A stretch of DNA of 64,000 nt from a virus: UHGV virus genome UHGV-1351772; one strand, given 5' to 3'. Positions 1 to 8,384 of this stretch are shown here, in pieces. Under the pieces are notes generated by a model. The model ran no database searches, was not told the DNA's origin, and saw only the letters and a program-made list of their open reading frames with translations. Numbering within the stretch: the stretch's first letter is position 1; the number at the start of each line of letters is the position of its first letter. The position numbers and the translations under genes are program-made.

Positions 1-1184
1 TCGACGAGTGTCATACCGTGGACGAATTTTCGGTCAAACGTTTTAGGAAGTTCTTCAATATCGTAGAACACCTTAAAATGTTTGGTGTCTTGGTAAACCA
101 ACGCAACGTAGTGGGTGTCGTCCAACATAATCGGCTGATGGCGAAGCCCGCGAGCTTCCATTCGGTTGATTAAGGATTCAATCCCATCGTCGGTGGTGAA
201 GGTGTCGTATACACGACCACCTACTTCCAAGAATTCACGTTTAAGGGTTTTGGTGTTTACGCCGTAAAGGTTGCCATCACCGGCACGGATGTTACCGAGG
301 TAACGTTCACGTATCTGGTATTGGGCGACAGGGAGTAATGCTTTTAAACCCTGGTATAAACCAATTTTGGTGTCGGTAGGACGAATAGCGTCTTCACGAC
401 CCATGCACTTAGACCCCGTCGAGAACGAGGACAGTACGTTACGTGTCCCGTTCATTAATTTACGAGACGTCACTTTACGACGTTGGAAACCCCCTTTACC
501 GTCTTGGATGTTAAAGAAATACATCCAGATATCGTTGAAGGTTTGTTGCAGCTTCCAGCGTACGGGGTTAGTTAATTCAACACGGGTTGCCCGGTCAGGG
601 ATCGCCCTGGCGAGAGATACCAACCGACGATACATCCCGCCGATTTCTTCTTCCTGTTCTCTACCATCTTGTCGAATTACTAAATCGCGTAAACCCGCGG
701 GTAACACGAGAACGTATCGACTAAGACTAACGGGACGGAATTTCAAAAAGAAATCCACGGTTTCGTCACGTTGTAGGGACTCGTTACGCTTAGGTTTTAA
801 ATCGTTATAGTGATTGAGGAAGAAGTTAAAACCGGTATCTGCGCCTGGGTCTCCCGGCAAGGCCGGTTCGAAATCTTTTTCTTTTTCGCTCCACGTTGCG
901 TAGCGTTTTCCAGAACAAATTTCTTCGTAGAGTTGTTTGAGTTGGAATAACGCCAAACACACTGTCGGCGAAATGATATCGAGTTTAATATCGATATAAG
1001 AGAAAGTAGAGTCTCGCGCTTCACTCCCCGTGAGTCCAAATATCTCTGTAGAGTAAAGACCTTCGGGGTGAAAGTTTTTTGTTAACCCCTGGAAAGTATC
1101 CGTGGTCGTGACGGGTCGTAATCGCGACACAAGAGACTTGTTTACATTGAGCAGATAAAAGTCAACCCAATTAAGTTTATTCAC
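1..1184 (-). CDS. RNA polymerase beta-prime-like subunit, N-terminal part (partial; gene continues beyond position 1)
   Basis: Absent from ORF track because it runs off the window. Minus-strand GTG at 1184 with AGGAG 8 nt upstream (1192-1196); in-frame stop just upstream; open to position 1. Translation MNKLNWVDFYLL...; segments VLVLPAGLRDLVIRQDGRE..GGMYRRLV and DGKGGFQRRKVTSRKLMNGTRNVL align by eye to bacterial RpoC [27 protein letters not shown] and [24 protein letters not shown]. Confidence 0.6.
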   Translation of the reverse strand, partial: MNKLNWVDFYLLNVNKSLVSRLRPVTTTDTFQGLTKNFHPEGLYSTEIFGLTGSEARDSTFSYIDIKLDIISPTVCLALFQLKQLYEEICSGKRYATWSEKEKDFEPALPGDPGADTGFNFFLNHYNDLKPKRNESLQRDETVDFFLKFRPVSLSRYVLVLPAGLRDLVIRQDGREQEEEIGGMYRRLVSLARAIPDRATRVELTNPVRWKLQQTFNDIWMYFFNIQDGKGGFQRRKVTSRKLMNGTRNVLSSFSTGSKCMGREDAIRPTDTKIGLYQGLKALLPVAQYQIRERYLGNIRAGDGNLYGVNTKTLKREFLEVGGRVYDTFTTDDGIESLINRMEARGLRHQPIMLDDTHYVALVYQDTKHFKVFYDIEELPKTFDRKFVHGMTLV

Positions 1185-1260
1185 GCTAAATCTCCTGATA
1201 CGGATTAAACGTTATGGCTAAAAAGGTAAAGATGATTTCGATGAAATCGATCTTGATAAC

Positions 1261-4200
1261 ATGGACGACTGGGACGATTTTGATGAGCCCCCTCGTCAAC
1301 AAGACCAATCGCGTAACCCGGTCATGGACACATTTCGTGCTGCCCGTAAGTCGGCGTTGTCGACTATCTGGCCCGAAAACAAACGTGATCAGGTTATTTT
1401 AAAAGGGATGCCTAAACCTGCGGCAGAAGCCTACGAAGGCTATCAAAACGTTAAAGCTGCAGGTCAAGACATTCTGGCCCATACGAAAGACGAGATTGAA
1501 AAGACGTCTCGCGTCGTCAAGATGCAAGCGAGACAGTTAGGTCCAACACTGAAACGGTATTTACCGGAATCCGTAACACGGAAAATCGACAAGTGGGCAC
1601 GTAACGATCAAATCGACTATGGGAATTACGATCCTAAACAAGCGATGATGGATCGTGAGCTGGACAGCGTGTTCTCAGGCGCACCGCAAACAGCGGACCA
1701 GCAACGTGAGGCGCAAGAGGGGATGGTTGAAGACCGCTTGCGCGACACGATTAAGGACATGAAGTCCGACGCACTGTTCCAGACCGTAATCGGTATTGCA
1801 AAAGACGTCAACTTAACGACTAGCCTAAGTCGTGGCGTGTTGTTGAATGTTCAGCGTAAGCAGTTAGAGCTGCAATATCGGACGCTGTTTGCTTTGCAGG
1901 ATATTGCGAAACTCAAACAAGACGAGTTTGCACGCAACACCCCGGCATTAGAAGCCATCGTTAAGAACACGGCACTACCCGACTACGCGAAGGAAGAGTT
2001 TTCTGAAATTCGTTGGGCTAATGTAAAACGTAAAGCTGCGGAGTGGATGAACCCCTTACACTACGCAGATAATTTCATTGGCCAGATTCGCGAAAACGCG
2101 AAGAAGAAAATCTCGAACATCTTTAGTGATGGTCGTGGGATTCTAGAACAAGTTCTAGGGATGGCTCAGGAAGATGACTTTGACATGTCGGACAGCTCAT
2201 CGTTGTCTCCTGACCGTCGTAACACAAACTCGCGTAATAAAGCGGCAGGTTTTGCAGGTGGTTGGTTAGCAAAACGTCTCTTACAACCCCAGATCGAACG
2301 ACTTCAGAACTGGACGCGTGGCGAGCTAGAGAAAAACCCAGAAGTCATGAAACGCCTACAGTTGGCGAAGTATGGCTTTGGAAATTTGTCGTCTATTTCT
2401 AACTCGGCAATAGCGGGAGAAACAAGCGGTCCGTTAGCTGATCTGTTTCGACTAATGCACGATTTGGGACTAGTTAACCCGCTACGTCGCGAAACCTTAG
2501 CATTAGACGATCGTTCTGCGGAATCTCTTTCTGCGGCGGCGAAGTTCGATCGTAAAGCTTACCTTAGTATCACAGAAGTTATTCCGACGTTACTGTCCGA
2601 GATTAACAAATCTATTCGTCGTGGGTATGGCGAACACCACGATCAGGTTTATGACCTGACCACGCGCGGTATGGTGGATCGCAAAGTTATTGGTAATCGT
2701 GTACGTAAGGCCGTTGCTAATGACGATCAGCGCAAACGTTTACAGACGTACATCAACGACACTGTCGACTTTATCGATAAAGATAAAACGCTCGATAGGA
2801 AAACACGTCAAGCGTTAGCGGACTACATCGAGTCTCGTGCCTCGGAAGGGAAAGCGTTCGATGTAGGGTCTTTATTGAAAGACCCGATGCACATGTATCG
2901 ATACATGAACGCAAACGCTGTGGAAGCGATTCAGGGTGTTTTAGAAGCCCGTTCTGCGGAACTGGTTGGCGGACACCATGAACTGAGTAATGCGATTTCA
3001 AACAAAATCGCCGCTATCCAGTCAACGATTCGTGCACGTCAAGACACGGTTGATGCTGCGTCTGTGATTTACGGCGAGAACGCACTTCGTGATTCCGGTA
3101 TTTTTAAATACGATGCGAAGAAAGACATTTTCGAGGTCGATAAGGACATTAACGATCCCTATACGTTATTTAATGACCTGTCGATGGGTAAGACCCGCTC
3201 TGGACGTTCGTTAACCCGTGAGCAAGAGATTCAGCGTAAATTGCAAAACGGTTCTGCGCTGGGTGATTACTTGCGACGGATGGGTGCAGGCGCAGAGCCG
3301 AGCTTTGAAGACAAAGAACTGTCCAATGTACGTGGCGGTGGAAAAGGAGGTCGTGGTCGCGGTTTAAGCGCACGCCAACTCGCTGCGGTACTTTATGGAG
3401 AGAAATCCACTAACTTTGTTGAACTGTTAAGCAGTCGTCCAGACACGAACGCCGGGTTGGAACAGCAATTCGACCGTTTGATTGATGCTGTACGTAAACA
3501 GCCCGAATCTAGCACAGTGCAAGATATCCTCAAACACGTTAAGAACATGGATGAGGAAGGTATTCTCCTAGCCAGTTTAGGCGGTAGTCGTGATGACGGT
3601 GACGAATCTGAAAGTTCGAGTGACTCGGGTCGTAAACGTCGTCGTAAACGCAAACGTATTGTGCTAGGCGAGACAGGCTTGTTACGCCGTTGGGCTGGGG
3701 TGCTTTGGGATACCGGTTCAGGTGTAGGGCGGTTTGGTAAGAATCTGTTCCTACGTGGGAAAGATCGTCTGCAGGCTTTAGGTGGTTTTATCCGTGGGAA
3801 ATTCTCAGGCGGCTCCTCCGAAGGACCCGGTGTATTTAGCCGACTGAAAGGGTTAGTAACAGGTACTCTATCGACAGGTTGGAATTCTGCTGTAGCTTTC
3901 GGTAAAGGCGTTTTAGGTGTTCGTGATATTTACGATGAACGTGGCAACGTCGTATTACAAGGAAGTCGTTTAGAAGCTGGGGAATATTACCAGGCTGACC
4001 CGAAAACTGAGAAGCTGATTCAACTTAAAACCCTCGACGATATTAAACTGGGACGTGATATTGTCGATGAAGCGGGTAATTTAATCTTAGCTGCTGCTGA
4101 TTTGGCTGCCGCAGGTAAACTGCGTTTCTACAAAGGTGGTAAAGTTCAAGCGCTTTTCCAGTACATTTCTGGGAAAGCAGGAACGGCGGTAAACAAAGCT

Positions 4201-7200
4201 GTGACTTTACCGAAGAAACTTTTAGGCTTCATTTCACCTAAAGCGGCTTCGTTGTTCGAGAAAGCACGTGAGTGGCTAAATGAGGTTCCAGAGGGCGCAG
4301 AGAAAACCCGTTTACAAAGCATGATTTCCCGTGTAACGGGAATGCCAGCGCGTTTGTGGAACAATGCAAAACGCGGGTTTGAGAAGCTCAAAGAGTTGGC
4401 TTCTGATAACCCTCTGACACGTTGGTGGCAGAACCGTAAGGAAGGGGGTTCTGGTGGTGGGTTTAGTGTGTTCTCATGGTCGAACGGCCGTAAAACTAAC
4501 CACATCTTAATCCGTATCTACAAACTCCTTAACCGGAGATTGCCAGGTGAACCAGAAGATGATACCTGGACAGAACAGATGGAGCGGAATACGGGAGCCA
4601 GTTCAGTTAAAGGATTATTCCAACGTGCTAAAGACATACGCGATGGGTTCCGTGAACATTTTCAGGGGTTCCGGGATTGGCGCGGTCGGATGCGTGACAG
4701 AATGTCCCGTTATCGCGGTGCGGTAGGCGATCGTCTTTCTCGTTGGGGCGGTACCGCACGTGGTTGGTTTGATCGTTTCCGTGGCCGTGCAAGCGATATG
4801 GTCGATACTTTCCGCGATCCGCGTTACGATATCGGCACACGTTATCGAATGGAGAGTCGTTTAGCAGGACGCGATGACGATGTTGCTGAGTTTTATCGTC
4901 AACACATCTACGCAAGAGGTAAGGTGTCTAAAACACGTATCATCGATGCGGCAAAAGAAGACTTAGACACCGTAACGGATAGCGCTGGACGTGTGATTAA
5001 TAAAGGGAAACAGAAAGCCCGTAGCGTTGGGTCAGCTTTACTGGAACGCCTGAACCGAATGGTTAATCTTCAGGAAATGTCATGGTTTAACACCATGCGT
5101 GATTCTGCGGAAAAAGCAGGTGCTTCGGATGGTTTGTTAAGAACTATGTTCAGTAAGTTCGGCCAACGCAATAAACCGCCTGCCAGTGATGAAAAACGTG
5201 ATTACTTCCAGTTCTTCCGACGCCGTCGTCGTTCTAAGGAAGAGGAAAAGGCTAAGAAAGAAGCCGAGAAGAAAGGTGGTAAGCGCGGGGTGATGGATTT
5301 CCTTAAAGGACTGCCGTTGGTAGGACCGATTGTGAGTATTTTAGGCACAGTAGGTTCAATCTTAGGTAAAGTCGCGAAATGGGGAATCTTTAAGCCGGTT
5401 GGGTTTGCAGGCAAAGCGTTGTGGAACGTTGGTAAGTTTGCTGTGACTCGTTTGGCTGTCCCTGCGGTGAGTGCTGTCGCGACGGCAGCATCTGCAGTGG
5501 TAACTGCGGTTGGCTGGCCGATTATCGGTTTGGTCGCTGCAGGCGCTGCGCTATCTTGGTTTGCATATAAAACTGCAACCCGTGTGAATGCTCAGTATTT
5601 GGATAACATGCGATTGGCACAGTACGGATTTAGAGATCACGATGAGTGGTCTTCCGACGATGGCGCAAAAGCACGTTATTTAGAAGACAACTTGAAACCG
5701 TACATCTCTTATACAGAGAATGGCCAAGCACAGTTGCGTGGTTTGTCCGGTGACGACGTGAAGAAACTGGCCGAAGGGTTTGGTACTAACGTAGAAGACA
5801 AAGGCGAAATGCTGGCGTTTAGTGCGTTTATGCTACAACGTTTTGTGCCGATCTATTTACGTTGGATTACGGCACTGAAATCCATGGATAATGATATCGC
5901 GTTAGCAGATGTCGGTAATCCTGCGAAAGTGTCGAAGGCAGACATGTTGAATATCTTCAACAAAATGAAGATGTCGAAAGATGCGCCTGCATTCCGTGCA
6001 TTAGAAGATCCCCGCAAGGTTAACCAAGGTTGGTTCTCTAAAGCGTGGGATTTCGTAACGTTTACCCCGGCCGAGTTTTTGTCAGGCGAAGAAGTCGTTG
6101 AAGCGCAAGAACGCGTGCTTCGTTCGATTAACATGCGTCGTGATGAAAAACGTAAGGATGTAAATGCTACAGGCGGTGTGGCCGAAGGACACAAAGTTGC
6201 TTCTGTGGCAGAATCGACCCAAGCGTTGGCTCAAGCGGATGCGGAACGCAACAAAGAAGTTGCGAAAGTCGAAGGTTGGGAAGACGGCACCGAACAAGTT
6301 CAGGTTCAAGTCGACTGGAGAAGCTTACCTAAAGAAACCGATCTCCGTGATTTGGAGTCCGTAAGGTTGAAAGCTTATGGTGCGGTGAGTATTACTCAAA
6401 CAACCCGTAACCTCTATACGCTCTTGGAACGTCAAGTGTTGCAAGACACCGATGTGAAAAGCTGTACGTATAAAGGCGACTGGAAACGTGCGATTGCGGT
6501 GATTGCGCCTGACGCCATTGGTGGGCCAAAAGAAGATCGGTACAAGAACTGGTTCTATAACCGCTTCTTACCTGTCTTCATGACGTACGTGGTTGGGGTG
6601 AAACGTTATGTCCCTGCTGCCGATCCGATGGACCTACGCGTTACGGGTGGGTTCTTGTATGAAATCGCACTGATGATGCGTGGTGCATACAACCTGAAAG
6701 GGGGTATTCGTCAGTCAGTGTGGGAGGTACCGTTTAACCCGTTAGGGGGAGACGCTAACACCGACGCCGGTTCAGTTGCAACGGAGTTAGAGAACCTGAA
6801 AGAACTGTCTAAGGAAGCTGATTTGGCAGTACGTAAAACGCTGCGTGCTACGCCTTCTGCGGGTTTCCGTGTGAACTGGCAGCGAAAAGATCGCGCGACT
6901 CAGATGTTCTTGACCGACGATGAGAAGGAGCAACCGTCTCGACCACAGATGAACACCTCCTCCTCTTATCGTGACCTATTGCAACCAGCGGCAAACGACG
7001 GTGGGAATTACGGCACACCAAACGATTTGGCCGGTGCTTACGGTCAGATGGGAGCTAAGAATTACGCTGCATTTACTACCGGTAACTTCGGCGTGAAACT
7101 TGGCGATATGCAAGACGGTGACTATAAAACGTTAGCGGCTAAGTATCCAATTTCAACGTTGGGTGACGGATTGAAGCCTAACTTGAATGCGGTTGCAGCA

Positions 7201-8337
7201 CTGATTACAGACGTAGCGAAGATGATGGGTGTTCCTCCAGCGTTAGCACTGGGAATGGCACAAGCAGAATCTGGGCTTAGATACGGTATCAAAGCTAAAG
7301 GAAGTTCTGCGGCTGGCTTGTTCCAGTTCATCAACGATACCTGGGGTGCGCAGATGAAAGCTTATGCGAGACGTTATGGTATCCCGCAAACCAACCAGTA
7401 TGACCCGTGGGCGAATGCTCTGCTTGGCGTCCGTCATATTCGTGATAATATCGAGAAAGCCAGAAAGGATTTAGGTGGTATCGATCCTCCAGGTGCAGCT
7501 GTTTACCTCTACCACTTCTTAGGACAAGGTGGCGGTAAGAAATTCCTGCAAGAATGGAAGCGTGATCCGAACGGGCCATCGTCGCGTGGTGCGTCGGCCG
7601 ATCAAATCGCGGCAAACAGCACAATTTTCTACAAGAATGGAAAATTGCGTAGTTTGGATGAAGTGCTCAACATCATGGGTGGTAAGATTGGTGCTGTAGG
7701 AACAAACGCGATCGCGGCTAACCAGGCATCGCTGAAAGACTTGACGACAGGCGTAACACCAATGCCGTCTTCCCCGGCTATCGCTGCAGGCGCTGCTAAC
7801 GATCCGTCTATCACAGGCCCGGCAGATAACCTGCCAGCCGCGAACGAGGCGAATCGCGACTCCGCTTTAGCAGACAAAGGCGCGATGGGTGCTGAAGATA
7901 TTAAAGCTGCAACTGGTGGTGGTCCGGCTGTGCCGAGTCCTGGCGGCGATGTCACGCCGAGCGATGCGTCAGTTGTTGTAGAGACGGTGGGTCAAAATGC
8001 ACGTGCTGATGGCCTGGCCGAAGAAGAGGTTGCTAAAGTAAAAGAAGGTGCTAGACAGCAGATGGAGAAATCGGCCCGTCCTGCACCAACGGTAACTTCC
8101 GATGCTCAGAGCGGTTCTACAGTGAACAGTGGTGATCCGATCAGTGTACAACAGCTGGCGGTTGCAAAAGAGTCTGCAGGCTATCTGAAAGAGATTGTAA
8201 CAATTCTTCGCCAGCGGCCACAGGCTATGCAAAACGGTCCGGCTAACCCGGCGTCAACCGCTCCGGGTTCGGCGTCACGTAACGTGTCAATAACTCAACC
8301 CGCGCCGCAACTCGACGTTAGTCGTAAATCAGCGTAA
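1261..8337 (+). CDS. Giant virion-associated protein (2358 aa) with lytic transglycosylase domain; tail lysin / tape-measure-like
   Basis: Single uninterrupted ORF. Long helical N-terminal half with Gly-rich and basic RKRRRKRKR segments, hydrophobic cluster about aa 1335-1440, SLT motif near aa 1980-2100, Ala/Pro/Gly-rich C-terminus. Size and domain order resemble phiKZ gp181-type tail lysins (from memory, not searched). Confidence 0.8.
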   Translation: MDDWDDFDEPPRQQDQSRNPVMDTFRAARKSALSTIWPENKRDQVILKGMPKPAAEAYEGYQNVKAAGQDILAHTKDEIEKTSRVVKMQARQLGPTLKRYLPESVTRKIDKWARNDQIDYGNYDPKQAMMDRELDSVFSGAPQTADQQREAQEGMVEDRLRDTIKDMKSDALFQTVIGIAKDVNLTTSLSRGVLLNVQRKQLELQYRTLFALQDIAKLKQDEFARNTPALEAIVKNTALPDYAKEEFSEIRWANVKRKAAEWMNPLHYADNFIGQIRENAKKKISNIFSDGRGILEQVLGMAQEDDFDMSDSSSLSPDRRNTNSRNKAAGFAGGWLAKRLLQPQIERLQNWTRGELEKNPEVMKRLQLAKYGFGNLSSISNSAIAGETSGPLADLFRLMHDLGLVNPLRRETLALDDRSAESLSAAAKFDRKAYLSITEVIPTLLSEINKSIRRGYGEHHDQVYDLTTRGMVDRKVIGNRVRKAVANDDQRKRLQTYINDTVDFIDKDKTLDRKTRQALADYIESRASEGKAFDVGSLLKDPMHMYRYMNANAVEAIQGVLEARSAELVGGHHELSNAISNKIAAIQSTIRARQDTVDAASVIYGENALRDSGIFKYDAKKDIFEVDKDINDPYTLFNDLSMGKTRSGRSLTREQEIQRKLQNGSALGDYLRRMGAGAEPSFEDKELSNVRGGGKGGRGRGLSARQLAAVLYGEKSTNFVELLSSRPDTNAGLEQQFDRLIDAVRKQPESSTVQDILKHVKNMDEEGILLASLGGSRDDGDESESSSDSGRKRRRKRKRIVLGETGLLRRWAGVLWDTGSGVGRFGKNLFLRGKDRLQALGGFIRGKFSGGSSEGPGVFSRLKGLVTGTLSTGWNSAVAFGKGVLGVRDIYDERGNVVLQGSRLEAGEYYQADPKTEKLIQLKTLDDIKLGRDIVDEAGNLILAAADLAAAGKLRFYKGGKVQALFQYISGKAGTAVNKAVTLPKKLLGFISPKAASLFEKAREWLNEVPEGAEKTRLQSMISRVTGMPARLWNNAKRGFEKLKELASDNPLTRWWQNRKEGGSGGGFSVFSWSNGRKTNHILIRIYKLLNRRLPGEPEDDTWTEQMERNTGASSVKGLFQRAKDIRDGFREHFQGFRDWRGRMRDRMSRYRGAVGDRLSRWGGTARGWFDRFRGRASDMVDTFRDPRYDIGTRYRMESRLAGRDDDVAEFYRQHIYARGKVSKTRIIDAAKEDLDTVTDSAGRVINKGKQKARSVGSALLERLNRMVNLQEMSWFNTMRDSAEKAGASDGLLRTMFSKFGQRNKPPASDEKRDYFQFFRRRRRSKEEEKAKKEAEKKGGKRGVMDFLKGLPLVGPIVSILGTVGSILGKVAKWGIFKPVGFAGKALWNVGKFAVTRLAVPAVSAVATAASAVVTAVGWPIIGLVAAGAALSWFAYKTATRVNAQYLDNMRLAQYGFRDHDEWSSDDGAKARYLEDNLKPYISYTENGQAQLRGLSGDDVKKLAEGFGTNVEDKGEMLAFSAFMLQRFVPIYLRWITALKSMDNDIALADVGNPAKVSKADMLNIFNKMKMSKDAPAFRALEDPRKVNQGWFSKAWDFVTFTPAEFLSGEEVVEAQERVLRSINMRRDEKRKDVNATGGVAEGHKVASVAESTQALAQADAERNKEVAKVEGWEDGTEQVQVQVDWRSLPKETDLRDLESVRLKAYGAVSITQTTRNLYTLLERQVLQDTDVKSCTYKGDWKRAIAVIAPDAIGGPKEDRYKNWFYNRFLPVFMTYVVGVKRYVPAADPMDLRVTGGFLYEIALMMRGAYNLKGGIRQSVWEVPFNPLGGDANTDAGSVATELENLKELSKEADLAVRKTLRATPSAGFRVNWQRKDRATQMFLTDDEKEQPSRPQMNTSSSYRDLLQPAANDGGNYGTPNDLAGAYGQMGAKNYAAFTTGNFGVKLGDMQDGDYKTLAAKYPISTLGDGLKPNLNAVAALITDVAKMMGVPPALALGMAQAESGLRYGIKAKGSSAAGLFQFINDTWGAQMKAYARRYGIPQTNQYDPWANALLGVRHIRDNIEKARKDLGGIDPPGAAVYLYHFLGQGGGKKFLQEWKRDPNGPSSRGASADQIAANSTIFYKNGKLRSLDEVLNIMGGKIGAVGTNAIAANQASLKDLTTGVTPMPSSPAIAAGAANDPSITGPADNLPAANEANRDSALADKGAMGAEDIKAATGGGPAVPSPGGDVTPSDASVVVETVGQNARADGLAEEEVAKVKEGARQQMEKSARPAPTVTSDAQSGSTVNSGDPISVQQLAVAKESAGYLKEIVTILRQRPQAMQNGPANPASTAPGSASRNVSITQPAPQLDVSRKSA
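5305..5570 (+). other. Hydrophobic/transmembrane-like segment cluster inside the giant protein
   Basis: GLPLVGPIVSILGTVGSILGKVAKWGIF...AVPAVSAVATAASAVVTAVGWPIIGLVAAGAALSWFAY: several consecutive hydrophobic helices. Confidence 0.5.
7198..7572 (+). other. SLT (family 1 lytic transglycosylase) domain within giant protein
   Basis: GMAQAESGLRYGIKAKGSSAAGLFQFINDTWGAQMKAYARRYGIP ... LYHFLGQGGG: E-S catalytic motif and GLFQF..TW pattern typical of lysozyme-like lytic transglycosylases. Confidence 0.7.
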
Positions 8338-8345
8338 TAACAACA

Positions 8346-8373
8346 GGGGGGTAGGAAACTACCCCCGTTTTTT
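8346..8373 (+). terminator. Rho-independent terminator after giant gene
   Basis: GGGGGTAG-GAAA-CTACCCCC stem-loop followed by TTTTTT. Confidence 0.7.
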
Positions 8374-8384
8374 AGAGGTATAAC

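Noticed and set aside
367-1039. ORF-track entries 367-810 (+) and 797-1039 (-)
   Set aside because: Both lie within or out of frame with the long minus-strand GTG-initiated ORF (1-1184) that has a strong SD and recognisable RNA polymerase motifs; their translations are low-complexity and basic, typical of wrong-frame reads.
1626-8232. About 20 short ORFs nested inside the giant gene (mostly antisense)
   Set aside because: All lie inside an uninterrupted 7 kb ORF with recognisable domains; they have no SD and Arg/Ser/Cys-rich composition typical of antisense reading of coding DNA.
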